Of a stretch of 64,000 nt of DNA, positions 27,068-37,143 are shown one piece after another. A program made the position numbers and the translations under genes. The stretch comes from Myxococcota bacterium (GTDB lineage Bacteria; Myxococcota_A; UBA796; GCA-2862545): the NCBI GenBank assembly GCA_039208735.1, contig JBCCQY010000017.1, positions 23,080 to 87,079 on the forward strand. The letters are read 5' to 3'. How positions within the stretch are numbered: the first letter of the stretch is position 1; each line of letters opens with the position of its first letter. A model generated the notes under the pieces. The model saw nothing but the letters and a program-made list of their open reading frames with translations. It searched no databases and was not told the origin of the DNA.

Positions 27068-28817
27068 ATTGAAACAGACTGCGGCAACGTGGATCTCCGA
27101 CACGCAATCCGAGGCCGGGCAACAGATCCAAGCGCTGCGCATGACCTTGCAGAACGCGGTCGGAGAGCTGGCCCGCAACATTGCGGACCGTTCCTCCGGG
27201 CGACTACCGCCCCTGCACGAGATCGAACAGGATGCCCAGCTCTTCCTCTCGACGGTGCGTCAGGGCATCTCCGAGATGGTCGACACCTTGGCCACCCACC
27301 TGATGGAGCGAACCTCCGTCCTCGAACAGGTCACGGATCCAGAAGGCGTGACCGCACGCGAGACGATGCAACACCTCGAGCGGCTTATCCGCGGCGAAGA
27401 GGTGCGCATCGGCCAGTACCTGTCGGGCTGGATCGATGGCGGGGCGGTCGCCTTGGTGCTGCAAGACCTCCGCAAAGGGCAACTTGGCGACCGAGTCGCC
27501 TACCATGCCGCGATTGACCGTGCGCTGGCCTTCTTTGTGCCTCAGGTCGAGGAAGGCATCTCGCAATGGCTGACGGGGCTCCGCAACGCGGTCCAACGCC
27601 TCACGGGCCGAGGAAGCCCGGTCGAGCCCGTGCACGCCCCCTCGACGTCTGTAGGGCGCAAAAAGCGCTTGCAACGACTGGTGGAGAAGGCCACGGCGTT
27701 GCGGGTTCGGGTGAAGAACCTCCCCAACGACCCAAGCGATCGCTACCTCGACCGCCTGGAAGCCCAACTCGCACAGTTCGCCGAAAAACGTGCCCAACAG
27801 ATGCTGGCCAACCAGGCGCGACAAGTCCGCCTCCAGGAACTGATGAGCTTCGCCGCCACGCTCGGCGTTCGTGCAAAGGGGATTCCCGACAATCCAAGCG
27901 ATGCCTGGCTCAACCGGATGGAAGGCAAACTCGCGGCGTTGGCGGTCAACAAGGGGGTGCCCTTTCCCAAGGGCATCAAACCGCCCCAGCCCGCCGAAAT
28001 CGGGGTCACCCACGAGCCCTCGCAGGAACGCACCCACCTGCCTCCGCTGCCTGGCGAGCCCGATCCCGTCTCCCCGTTCGCCAACGAACCCGACGACGAT
28101 GACTGGGTTTCCGACATGGAGCAGAAGCTCGCGATGGCCCTCGCCGAACGCCGGGACACCAGCGAAGCCCGTCGAGAGCAGGACTCCCAGCGTCAGAATC
28201 GACTCGAAGCGGTCTTGTCCCGAGGAGAACAGCTCGACGTCGATCTGGGACCGGTTCCGGAAGCCCCGACCGAAGAGTGGCTCGAACGGGCCGAAAAGCA
28301 AATCGAGAGCGCATTTACACGAAGCGTCGAGCACACCGGCATCAACCTCGACATCAACACCCGCGAATTGCGCCTCAAAGCCGTCATCCACGCGGCCGAG
28401 GACGCGCTCATCGATCTTGGAGAAGTGCCATCAGACCCCGATGATCAATGGCTGGTGTGGGCCGAGGCGCGGGTCTTCGACATCCATCCCGTGCAGCTCG
28501 AAGCCGAATCCGCGGCGCGGCCCGAAGCCTACCTCGTGTTGCGCGAGAACACCCCCCAAGAACAGACCTGGCCCGTCAACGAGGAAGAACTCACGATTGG
28601 CCGTTCCCGCGGCAATGTGGTGCAGGTGACCAACGACAACACGGTGTCACGACACCACGCGGTCGTCGTGAAGCAAGGCAACGCCTACATCGTGACCGAC
28701 GTGGGGTCGCGCCTCGGTACGTTCGTCGACGAGCAACGCATCGATCGCCAGCATGTGCTGCGGGGCGGCGAGACCATTCAACTGGGCGAAACGACGCTCG
28801 TGTTCCGCAGATCGTAG
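27051..28817 (+). CDS. FHA-domain protein with internal 40-aa repeats
   Basis: C-terminal IGRS..VSRHHA..DVGSRLGTFV; four aligned repeats upstream. Confidence 0.85.
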   Translation: MDESSELKQTAATWISDTQSEAGQQIQALRMTLQNAVGELARNIADRSSGRLPPLHEIEQDAQLFLSTVRQGISEMVDTLATHLMERTSVLEQVTDPEGVTARETMQHLERLIRGEEVRIGQYLSGWIDGGAVALVLQDLRKGQLGDRVAYHAAIDRALAFFVPQVEEGISQWLTGLRNAVQRLTGRGSPVEPVHAPSTSVGRKKRLQRLVEKATALRVRVKNLPNDPSDRYLDRLEAQLAQFAEKRAQQMLANQARQVRLQELMSFAATLGVRAKGIPDNPSDAWLNRMEGKLAALAVNKGVPFPKGIKPPQPAEIGVTHEPSQERTHLPPLPGEPDPVSPFANEPDDDDWVSDMEQKLAMALAERRDTSEARREQDSQRQNRLEAVLSRGEQLDVDLGPVPEAPTEEWLERAEKQIESAFTRSVEHTGINLDINTRELRLKAVIHAAEDALIDLGEVPSDPDDQWLVWAEARVFDIHPVQLEAESAARPEAYLVLRENTPQEQTWPVNEEELTIGRSRGNVVQVTNDNTVSRHHAVVVKQGNAYIVTDVGSRLGTFVDEQRIDRQHVLRGGETIQLGETTLVFRRS

Positions 28818-28889
28818 CCGAGATGAAGGCTCGGGGCTGAAGTTCGATGACTCTTCGGGGACGCCCTTCGCGGTCCCCCGGGAAGAGGC

Positions 28890-29507
28890 ATGAACGAGGC
28901 AATGACCATCGAGGTTTCGCTTAGAACGGCAGGCCTCGCCACGGTCACGCTGGCCCCCTTGGCTACCCCAATCGGCTTGTGGTTGGCCCGACGCCGTCAG
29001 GGGATTGCGCTGGTGGTAGAGGCGGTGGTGATGGCGCCCTTGGTCGTGCCACCCGTCGTGGTTGGCCTTGGCCTGTCCTGGCTCATCGGGCCGCTGGGCC
29101 CTCCCGACGGTTCGGGTCGCCTGGTCGCGACGGTAATGGCCGGCGCCATCGTCGGGCTCCCGTTGTTCGTACGCGCGGTTCGTCTGCAGCGCGAGAGTGT
29201 GGACGACCGGCTCCTGCACGCCGCACGCAGCCTCGGCGCAAGCCCGCTGCGAACCTTTGCATGGATCACCCTGCCCCATGTGTGGCCGGGCATCGTACTC
29301 GGCGCAATCCTCGCATTTGCAAGAGCCCTCGGTGAGTACGGGGCCACGCTCCTCTTCGCCGGACCCGGCCCCACTCTACCCTTCGCCATCGCACAAGCCG
29401 AAGCGCCCCTCGAAGACCCGACGATTCTGAAGTTGGGCCTGCTGTCATTTGGGGTGTCGATGTCGGCCGTGCTGGCCTTTCAACTTCTGACCCGGCGGGC
29501 GTTGTGA
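28890..29507 (+). CDS. modB: Molybdate ABC permease (divergent)
   Basis: PLVVPPVVVG, AARSLGASP, AFARALGEYGAT. Confidence 0.8.
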   Translation: MNEAMTIEVSLRTAGLATVTLAPLATPIGLWLARRRQGIALVVEAVVMAPLVVPPVVVGLGLSWLIGPLGPPDGSGRLVATVMAGAIVGLPLFVRAVRLQRESVDDRLLHAARSLGASPLRTFAWITLPHVWPGIVLGAILAFARALGEYGATLLFAGPGPTLPFAIAQAEAPLEDPTILKLGLLSFGVSMSAVLAFQLLTRRAL

Positions 29508-30514
29508 GCGTCTCGCTATCGGTTCAGGGCACAGAGGGGGAGCTGACGCTCGACGTGCGGGTAGACCTTCCGCCTGGGGTGACCGGAGTGCTCGGCGCGA
29601 ATGGCTCAGGTAAGACGACGTTGCTCCAGGCCATCGCCGGATTGGTCAAGACCGAAGGCGACATCGTTGTCGATGGCACCGTCTTTCAGGATGCCACCAC
29701 GTTCCTGCCGCCAGAGCAGCGCCGGGTGGGATTGGTGTTCGATGACCTTCGGCTGTTTTCGCACCTCTCGGTCCGGCGAAACGTGCGATTTGGCGCAACG
29801 GGTCCGCTGCACGAAGTCATCGCACTGCTTCAACTGCACGACCTACTCGACCGGCGGGTGCCTTCCCTGACCCACGAAGAAAAGCAACGGGTGGCGGTCG
29901 CCCGAGCCCTGGCGATGCGCCCTCGCCTTCTCGCCTTGGATGAGGGGCTCACGCGGGGCGGCGAAGTCGTGCCCTGGCTCCGAGACGTGGTGCGCCAAGC
30001 CGCGGTCCCGACCTTGCTCGTCTCATCGACCCCCACGAACTTGTTGCCCTTTACCCACCACCTGCTCGTGCTGAAGAAGGGCCGTGTGGTGTCCCAGGGC
30101 GACGTCGCCACCCTGGTTTCGGACCCGCTGGCGCTGCCTGTCTTGCATCGCTTGGGGTTGGCGAATGTGTTTCGTGTCACCGGACTGCGGTCGGACCGTG
30201 ACTGTCTATGGGCCCAGACCGCCGATCTCGAACTGTGCCTGCCCGAAGCACCGGGTCCTCATGTACGTCACGTGGCACTACGACCCAGCGATGTGCTGCT
30301 CGCCAACGGTCCCATCCCGGTGAGCACCGCGCGCAACGTGCTGGCCGGCACCGTCCGCGACATTACCGGTCTTCCCGACCGCACGATGGTCTTGCTCGAC
30401 GTCGGCGTGCCGCTCATCGTGGAGGTCACCTCGTCGGCCGTGACCGACCTTGGCCTTCGGATCGGTCAATCCGTCACGGCCCTCATCCAACCCGGAGCGT
30501 TTCGCTGGCTGTAG
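29504..30514 (+). CDS. modC: ModC-like ABC ATPase with TOBE domains, degenerate motifs
   Basis: GANGSGKT, FLPPEQRRVG, STARNVLAG and TOBE tail; signature, Q-loop and H-loop altered. Confidence 0.75.
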   Translation: MSVSLSVQGTEGELTLDVRVDLPPGVTGVLGANGSGKTTLLQAIAGLVKTEGDIVVDGTVFQDATTFLPPEQRRVGLVFDDLRLFSHLSVRRNVRFGATGPLHEVIALLQLHDLLDRRVPSLTHEEKQRVAVARALAMRPRLLALDEGLTRGGEVVPWLRDVVRQAAVPTLLVSSTPTNLLPFTHHLLVLKKGRVVSQGDVATLVSDPLALPVLHRLGLANVFRVTGLRSDRDCLWAQTADLELCLPEAPGPHVRHVALRPSDVLLANGPIPVSTARNVLAGTVRDITGLPDRTMVLLDVGVPLIVEVTSSAVTDLGLRIGQSVTALIQPGAFRWL

Positions 30515-30567
30515 GAGCCTCGATGCCGACGATCGCATAGGGGAAGCGTCGGCTCCTGGAGGACCCC

Positions 30568-30930
30568 ATGCGTTTGCTGTTGCGTTGGCTTGTCATTGCG
30601 ATTTCCCTCGGCATCACGGCCTACCTGCTCCCCGGAATCGGCATCCGTGATTGGCAAGCCCTCATCGTTGGGTCAGCCGTTCTCGGGCTGGTGAATGCGA
30701 TTGCGAAGCCCGTACTCACGGTGCTCACCTTCCCCATCACCGTGCTCACCCTGGGCCTCTTCCTGTTTGTCGTGAATGGGCTTTCGTTTGCTTTGGCCGC
30801 TTGGTTCGTGCCCGGATTCGAGGTGCTCAACCTCGGTTGGGCGATGCTCGGCGCCATCGTCGTAAGCATCATCTCGTGGTTCCTGTCGGGACTTGACGAC
30901 GTCGGTAGCGACGACCGCGACGACCGTTAG
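30568..30930 (+). CDS. 4-TM membrane protein (YvlD / phage holin family 4-like)
   Basis: LGLVNAIAKPVL..LTFPITVLTLGLFLFVVNG. Confidence 0.85.
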   Translation: MRLLLRWLVIAISLGITAYLLPGIGIRDWQALIVGSAVLGLVNAIAKPVLTVLTFPITVLTLGLFLFVVNGLSFALAAWFVPGFEVLNLGWAMLGAIVVSIISWFLSGLDDVGSDDRDDR

Positions 30931-31451
30931 AACGTCCCGCCCTGAAGGCGAATCAGCAGGGCTAACCTTCGGTCTTCCCAATACTCGAGTTCGTGTAGGG
31001 ACGGGTCTTTGCTCGTGGCCTGCTTCCAGTGCGCCTCGCTTCGAAACACGAGCGCCGTCCACAGCAAGTCGCGTTGCGTGGCTTGGAGAGGGACTTTGGC
31101 CGGCACTTCAAACATCGTGTGGCAACGGGCACAGGTCGCGGTGAGTTCAACGAGCTGGTCGGCTGCCTCATCGAGATTAGACGACACGGCGAGTTCCGCT
31201 CCGCCTTGTCGCACGCGTTCGAGCATGACAATCGCGGGTGGCGGCAGTCGCGGAATCTCACGTTTGACGGCCAGCGAGGCTCCGGCTCGGTGAACGCCAT
31301 CCAAGTCCTGCGCAATGACCGCATCCCGCGCACGATGAACCGCCACCTGGTGGTTTCGCATTGCGTTGGTGCGAGCGCCATCGTCGGCGGGCACGACCAG
31401 CGGCTCGGCCTCCCCACCGAGGCTGCAGGCCAGCCATCCGAGCATCCACAT
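30927..31451 (-). CDS. Lipoprotein c-type cytochrome (cytochrome c'-like)
   Basis: WLA-C lipobox; helical body; CARCH heme motif. Confidence 0.75.
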   Translation of the reverse strand: MWMLGWLACSLGGEAEPLVVPADDGARTNAMRNHQVAVHRARDAVIAQDLDGVHRAGASLAVKREIPRLPPPAIVMLERVRQGGAELAVSSNLDEAADQLVELTATCARCHTMFEVPAKVPLQATQRDLLWTALVFRSEAHWKQATSKDPSLHELEYWEDRRLALLIRLQGGTF

Positions 31452-31579
31452 GGCGTTCTTCCCTGTCCTCAGAGAAACGCCCCATTAACCCAGCCCGAGG
31501 ACTCCGCGAAAGCCTATGCAGGCGCGGGTTCAACCCAGGACGAGAGCGCGGGGGTGGGTCAGCCGACGGCTCCCTTGAG

Positions 31580-31595
31580 CGGCATAGACTTTGCA
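31580..31595 (+). promoter_or_regulatory. Sigma54 (-24/-12) promoter
   Basis: CGGCATAGACTTTGCA: GG-N10-GC with TTGCA, upstream of the usp-CBS pair. Confidence 0.6.
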
Positions 31596-31620
31596 TACCT
31601 CCACACCGTTGAGGTCCACC

Positions 31621-32085
31621 GTGAAAATCTTCCAGGCCATCGACGTCCGCTCCCCAACCGCCGAGTCCGAAGTCCTCCAGGGGGCCAATTGGGCGAAGTC
31701 GTTTGGAGCCACACTCGATCTCGGTTTCGTCGACGACTACGAATACAGCGCTTTCCGCATCCGTGACGGTCGCATTCGCGACAAGGTTGTCGCCCAATGG
31801 CAGGAGGTGCAGGAGTCTCATCGAAACGAACTCGAACGGCTCGTCGACACGTTGCCGCAGGAAGTTCGGGGGGAAGCCCGCTACCTACAAGGCAGCCCGG
31901 CTCCCACGCTTCTCGGGCTCGACCCCGGCTACGACGTGCTGATCGTGGCAACTCAAGGTCGAAAGGGCCTCGCCCACGCGTTTCTCGGCTCGGTAGCCGA
32001 ACGGGTGGTTCGGGAAAGCGCAGTTCCGGTGTTGGTTTTGCGAAGACCAGGTGTGGAGGCTGACGATGGCAATGCTGGTACGTGA
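31621..32085 (+). CDS. Universal stress protein
   Basis: [31 protein letters not shown] before the GTG. Confidence 0.9.
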   Translation: MKIFQAIDVRSPTAESEVLQGANWAKSFGATLDLGFVDDYEYSAFRIRDGRIRDKVVAQWQEVQESHRNELERLVDTLPQEVRGEARYLQGSPAPTLLGLDPGYDVLIVATQGRKGLAHAFLGSVAERVVRESAVPVLVLRRPGVEADDGNAGT

Positions 32086-32815
32086 CGTGATGACCCGAGA
32101 CCCCGTCATTGTGGGTCCTGAAACCACCACCGTGACGCTGCGCGAAGTGATGCGTCAGCGCCACATCCACCATCTTCCGGTGGCCGAGGATGGCCGGCTC
32201 ATCGGCGTGGTAGACGCAACCCAGGTCTTTGGCTGGGCCCCTCGCACGGCGACCGCCGCCGATCTGGCGGGTCGGACAGTGGAGGCGCATCCCGAAGAGG
32301 GGCTGTTCGAGGTGCTCGGTCGATGTGCGTGGTCCCCCCGCGATGTGTGCGTGGTGACCCATCCCGATGAAAACGTCATCCTGGGCATCCTCACCGACCG
32401 AGACATCATCCGGCTTGCGGCCCAGACGATCGAACCCGACCGGCTGGTCGACGAAATTGCATCCACGTCGCTCGTTACCGCCGCTCCCCTCGCCACGGTC
32501 GGCGAGTGCCTGCACCGTCTGCGGGAGCAGATGTTTCGTCACCTCGTCGTGATCGACGATAGCGGCTGCCTCCAGGGCGTTGCTTCGCTGCGTGCGCTGC
32601 TGGTCACCGATGCCCGAGGCCCCGTCGCCTCAACCCTGCCTACACCGGCTCCGCAAGGTCCCTGGACCCTCACCATTCGCGATGCCGCGGCCCTCATGGA
32701 GCGCCTCGACATCGATGCCCTTCCGATCGTGAACGACGAGGGCGCCCCCGAAGGCCTCGTGACGGTGACGGACCTGTTGCGGGCGCTTCGCAGCACGGCC
32801 GAGGTGGTGGCTTAG
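32066..32815 (+). CDS. CBS-domain protein (4 CBS motifs)
   Basis: [39 protein letters not shown]. Confidence 0.88.
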   Translation: MAMLVRDVMTRDPVIVGPETTTVTLREVMRQRHIHHLPVAEDGRLIGVVDATQVFGWAPRTATAADLAGRTVEAHPEEGLFEVLGRCAWSPRDVCVVTHPDENVILGILTDRDIIRLAAQTIEPDRLVDEIASTSLVTAAPLATVGECLHRLREQMFRHLVVIDDSGCLQGVASLRALLVTDARGPVASTLPTPAPQGPWTLTIRDAAALMERLDIDALPIVNDEGAPEGLVTVTDLLRALRSTAEVVA

Positions 32816-33570
32816 TTCCAGTTCACGAGCGGGTCGAAGGGATCCTCGTCGAAGCCGATGGACGCAAGCGAGGTCCCTCCGGACACCTCGGTGAGTTCAA
32901 GTCGGGTTGGCCCAATCTGGTGCGACGTCGAAATCCATGCGCCGGTCGGGAGCTGCACCCAACCGTCCCACGTGGCCTTGAGGCCTCCGATGGGAATGAT
33001 CTGGACCCACATTCGCCAGGCGGAGGGGCGGTTCGTCTCGGGGTCGAGTTCCCACCAGTAGGCATCTCCGGGCGTAACGCCACCGGACCCGTACTCGATG
33101 AACAAGCCCTGCACGCGTTTGATCTCGACGACGCTCCGGGTCACCCCCGAGTCGTTAAGGTTGTCAAAGGGCTGCAGCCAGAAGGTGTCGTTGATGAACG
33201 AGGACCAGGCCTTCTCGACGAGCTTCTCACGCATCTTGCCGTAGACTTCTTCGCCGCCTTTCCAGGCCCGTCCGACCCGCCGGTCCGTGCGCTGCAACAC
33301 CACGTTCTTGCCCCATTCAACCCGCGACAGCCCTCGTTCGCGGTCCCACACGTGTTGGTTGCGACCACCGAAGGTGAACCGAATGGCCTTGGTCTTCTGC
33401 CAATCATCAAGGTGGACCGCCTCTCGGATTCGGTCTGCCATTTCTTGTGCGGGCGGCCCTTCAAAACCGGTCGCCGGACGACTCTTGCTGAGTGCGACCG
33501 ACACTGCTCCCAGCGCCAACATCACAAGCACGAACCCCAGGGCTACGCGCCCTACTCGCTTCCACATCAT
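32812..33570 (-). CDS. Conserved hypothetical exported protein
   Basis: N-terminal anchor; FINDTFWL and GGVTPGDAYWW motifs. Confidence 0.75.
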   Translation of the reverse strand: MMWKRVGRVALGFVLVMLALGAVSVALSKSRPATGFEGPPAQEMADRIREAVHLDDWQKTKAIRFTFGGRNQHVWDRERGLSRVEWGKNVVLQRTDRRVGRAWKGGEEVYGKMREKLVEKAWSSFINDTFWLQPFDNLNDSGVTRSVVEIKRVQGLFIEYGSGGVTPGDAYWWELDPETNRPSAWRMWVQIIPIGGLKATWDGWVQLPTGAWISTSHQIGPTRLELTEVSGGTSLASIGFDEDPFDPLVNWN

Positions 33571-33636
33571 CTCGTTCTTCTCCCGTGGATCCGGCTGTCA
33601 GGTTGGTATGTTCGAAGTCAGGAGGATGACGAGCAT

Positions 33637-34257
33637 ATGTGGTGGTTCCTTGCGACGGCACTGGCGGGCTCGGCTGCCGATCAGTCCCTCGCCGTCGTTC
33701 TCGACGAAACGGCCTCAACCAGGTCCCGAATGCGGGCGGCCAAAGAACTTGGGCGGCTCGACCCGAGCAGTGACGAGGCGCAACGAGCGGTGACCGCGCT
33801 GGCCGGCACGCTACAGGCCGAGTTGCCTGCCAACTTGCCCGAGGCCATTCGAAAGACCCTGGTGCGCCTCGGAGCCACCCAGGTTTGGACTCGCGAACTT
33901 GGGTCGGCCGATGTGCCGACGCGCCGACGTGCCGCGGATCTGCTCGGGCAGGAGGGGAACCGTGAGGCAGGACCAGCATTGGTGGCCCAACTCGAAGACC
34001 CCGACGCCTCGGTGCGAGAGGCGGTCGCGGGGGCGCTCGGGGGGTACCCTGCCGCGGGTGCGGTAGCCCCGCTGATTTTACGGCTGCAAGACACGTCCAT
34101 CGGCGTACGACTGGCAGCGTCACAGTCTCTTGGCTTCCTCGGCGGCGAAGAAGCTGCCAAGGGCTTAGCGAAGGCACGGATTATCGAACAGGACCGAGTC
34201 GTCCAGCACTACCTGGACGTCGCCCTCCAGCACATCCGTGGCCAGAGCCGCCCATGA
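33637..34257 (+). CDS. Secreted HEAT-repeat protein
   Basis: GGAGG RBS; LEDPDASVREAVAGALG-type repeats. Confidence 0.82.
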   Translation: MWWFLATALAGSAADQSLAVVLDETASTRSRMRAAKELGRLDPSSDEAQRAVTALAGTLQAELPANLPEAIRKTLVRLGATQVWTRELGSADVPTRRRAADLLGQEGNREAGPALVAQLEDPDASVREAVAGALGGYPAAGAVAPLILRLQDTSIGVRLAASQSLGFLGGEEAAKGLAKARIIEQDRVVQHYLDVALQHIRGQSRP

Positions 34258-35210
34258 AAACCCCCACCACGCTCTTCACCGGCTTTCTTGGAGTGGGGAA
34301 GACCACTTCCATCCTTGGTGCATTCGCCCATCGGCCCCCGGACGGACGTTGGGCCGTCCTCGTCAACGAATTCGGTAAAGTCGGCATCGATGGAGCCATC
34401 CTCGAAGACCACGATGGACTGACGGTGGCCGAAGTGGCGGGAGGATGCATCTGCTGCAGCGCCGGACTTGCGCTTCGTACCGCACTTGTGCGCCTCCTAA
34501 GAGAGGTCAGGCCCGATCGGCTCCTCATCGAGCCCACGGGCCTTGCCCACCCTGCCACGGTCATCGACACCCTTCGGAGCCCTGGCCTGCGTGAAGCGGT
34601 CACCGTCAACGCGGTCATCGGCCTGGTCAACCCCCGACACTGTCGCAGTGAGCGCCATCGGGAGAGCGAACCCTGGCAGGACCAGATCCGACTCGCCGAC
34701 ATCCTGTTGGCCACCCACGACGACGTGGTGACAGACGAAGACCGCGAGGCCTTCCAGGAAATCGCGCAAGCCCAGTGGCCCAAGAAGCTGGTGGTAGACC
34801 ACATCGCCCATGGTGCAATCGACCCGGCATGGCTCGACATGCGGCCGGCCTCCACCACCGAACGCACGACCCACGTGGAACACTCCGACCACGCTGAGGC
34901 CCAGACCATGAGCTTCGTGTGGCCACCGGAGACCGCGTTCAGCCAAGACACCCTCGAACTCGCGCTTCAGCGCTTGGTCCGCCCGAGCCCCCACTTTCCC
35001 GAAGGAATATGGCGACTCAAAGGCATTTTCCGTATGGTGGGCGAACATGGTCGGAGCGGGTGGTACCTCGTTCAGGCCACCCCAGACACCATTTCGATGT
35101 CGCCCATTGGGCACCGCCGTGACTCCCGGGTGGACCTCATCGTTCCCCCCGCACCCCAGGCGAATTTCGATGGCGCGTTCGCCGAACTCGAGGCGACGCG
35201 CCTTCGATAA
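34254..35210 (+). CDS. COG0523/CobW-family GTPase (metallochaperone)
   Basis: GFLGVGKTT, NEFG, GGCICC, IEPTGLAHP, RLKG. Confidence 0.92.
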   Translation: MKTPTTLFTGFLGVGKTTSILGAFAHRPPDGRWAVLVNEFGKVGIDGAILEDHDGLTVAEVAGGCICCSAGLALRTALVRLLREVRPDRLLIEPTGLAHPATVIDTLRSPGLREAVTVNAVIGLVNPRHCRSERHRESEPWQDQIRLADILLATHDDVVTDEDREAFQEIAQAQWPKKLVVDHIAHGAIDPAWLDMRPASTTERTTHVEHSDHAEAQTMSFVWPPETAFSQDTLELALQRLVRPSPHFPEGIWRLKGIFRMVGEHGRSGWYLVQATPDTISMSPIGHRRDSRVDLIVPPAPQANFDGAFAELEATRLR

Positions 35211-35213
35211 ACG

Positions 35214-36065
35214 CTACTTGCGCTCGGGCATGGGGGCGTCACGGTCGAGTGGGCACTTGCCGTCGGTCGTGCCGGCAATGAACTCATCCGCGAACACGCC
35301 GCCCTGCTCAAGGCCATCGATGACGAGGTTCCCGTAGCTGTCTGCGCCGAGCGGAAAGATGTCGACCGATGACCATAGGCCAACCCAACCTCCGACCGAT
35401 CCATCTGCCTCTTCGTAGGTAATGTCGATGCCGAAGAGCTGATCCCAGGTGTTGTTGCCCCCGTCACCCTGGCCAACTTCGTCGATCCAGTACTTGTAGA
35501 CGATGGCCTGGAAAGGCTCGCCTTCGGCCGGCTCGACGTCGACGAGCCGATAGAAGCCCTTGAGGTCGTACCAAATCTTCGCGAGCGGGTTTTCCTTGCG
35601 CGTCGGCTGCTCGAAACGAAGCGTGTCACAGCCGTCGAGGCCGTAGCAATCTTCGCCCTCTGAGAAGGTCCGCTGGGCCCACACGGTGGTGTCGGATTCA
35701 ATGCAAACCCGGTTGACCTCGAGGGCAACGTTGACGTTGCCCTCATACGACGCACTGGATTGTCGCGCGAGACCGATCGGCACTTGGTCAGCGGCCTTCA
35801 CCCCAGATGGGATCGACAATTCGCCGAGGTTCTCTCCGTCCAGGATGTCAAGCTGCACCGCACGGTCGCGGGCCGACATCGTGAAGTCTTCGCTCTCATT
35901 CAGGGTCCGCAGCTGTGCGACCCCTGCGGCCAGTTCCGCGGTATCCTCGTCGCCAGCATGCAAGAACAGAAACTCCGCCAAGTTGGTGAGTTCGGCGGGA
36001 GCCTCCGCCGGCGGCGACGCACATCCAACCAAGCCCGCGACAAGCGCGATTCCTGCGATCCGCAT
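35214..36065 (-). CDS. Acidic lipoprotein of unknown function
   Basis: GLVG-C lipobox; GGAGGA RBS. Confidence 0.75.
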   Translation of the reverse strand: MRIAGIALVAGLVGCASPPAEAPAELTNLAEFLFLHAGDEDTAELAAGVAQLRTLNESEDFTMSARDRAVQLDILDGENLGELSIPSGVKAADQVPIGLARQSSASYEGNVNVALEVNRVCIESDTTVWAQRTFSEGEDCYGLDGCDTLRFEQPTRKENPLAKIWYDLKGFYRLVDVEPAEGEPFQAIVYKYWIDEVGQGDGGNNTWDQLFGIDITYEEADGSVGGWVGLWSSVDIFPLGADSYGNLVIDGLEQGGVFADEFIAGTTDGKCPLDRDAPMPERK

Positions 36066-36178
36066 GGGTTCCTCCTTCATCGATCCCCCAAAGGGGAGTC
36101 GAAGGAGTATACGCGGGTTGTCCGTTCGGTGGCAGGACCGTGACGTCACCCCAAGCGAATGGCCTGTCGTCGAGCCGC

Positions 36179-37084
36179 ATGCCGAGGCAGACCCGTTTTC
36201 CCGTCACCGGTCCGCTCGACCTTCGTCGCACGGTGCGCGGAACCGCGCAGTGGGGCGCCTCGACCTGGCTTCGGACCGACCACACAGGGGCCTGGTATGC
36301 GGAACGAACGGAGGAAGGTCCGGCCACCGTCCGTTTGGTGCTCGACGGGCCCACCCTTACGGCAACGGCGTGGGGTCCAGGAGCGGACCGCCTGCTCGAA
36401 CGGACGCCTGCGATTGCGGGATTGGAAGATGAAGAGGCACCGGTGGTGGTTGCTCATCATCCGGTGGTCGAACAAGCCCTGCGCCACGCACGAGGCCTGC
36501 GAATCGGTCGCCTCGACCGCATTCTCCCCACGCTGGTCGGCGCCATCGTAGGACAAAAGGTCACGGGGCTTGAAAGTCAGCGGTCTCTGCGTCGTCTAGC
36601 GCGCCGCTATGGGCAGCGCGCTCCGGGCCCGCGCGATGACCTTTGGCTTCTGCCTTCCGCGAGGACCCTTCGGGGACTGCCCTACGCGGCGTACCATCCC
36701 CTTGGCATTGACCGACGACGCGCCATGGTGGTCATTGAGGTGGCGCGACGGGCGAATCGGATCGAACAGCTGGTTGGCCAACCTTCGACCGAAATCGACC
36801 GCAAACTGCAGACGCTGCGCGGCATTGGCCCATGGACCACCGGAGTGGTCATCCACGAAGCTCTCGGAGACCCTGATGCATTGCCCATCGGGGACTACCA
36901 TCTGCCCAATGTCATTGCGTACAATCTTGCCGGTGAGCCCAGGGCGGATGACGCACGCATGCTTCAATTGTTGGAGCCCTACCGTGGCCAACGGGGGCGG
37001 GTAGTTCGGTTGTTGAAGTTGTTTGGATCGACGCCACCAAAGTGGGGCCCTCGGTCAGAAGCCCGTGACATCTCCTCCTTCTAA
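36179..37084 (+). CDS. HhH-GPD DNA glycosylase (AlkA-like)
   Basis: IVGQKVT, LRGIGPWT, GDPDALPIGD. Confidence 0.87.
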   Translation: MPRQTRFPVTGPLDLRRTVRGTAQWGASTWLRTDHTGAWYAERTEEGPATVRLVLDGPTLTATAWGPGADRLLERTPAIAGLEDEEAPVVVAHHPVVEQALRHARGLRIGRLDRILPTLVGAIVGQKVTGLESQRSLRRLARRYGQRAPGPRDDLWLLPSARTLRGLPYAAYHPLGIDRRRAMVVIEVARRANRIEQLVGQPSTEIDRKLQTLRGIGPWTTGVVIHEALGDPDALPIGDYHLPNVIAYNLAGEPRADDARMLQLLEPYRGQRGRVVRLLKLFGSTPPKWGPRSEARDISSF

Positions 37085-37143
37085 GCGCCGTCTGGCTCAA
37101 GACTCACGCTGCCGCGCCGATCGTCCAGCGGAGGGCTGCGCGG

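Noticed and set aside
30568..30930. Holin annotation as a sign of a prophage
   Set aside because: The YvlD-like family is commonly chromosomal and no phage genes are nearby
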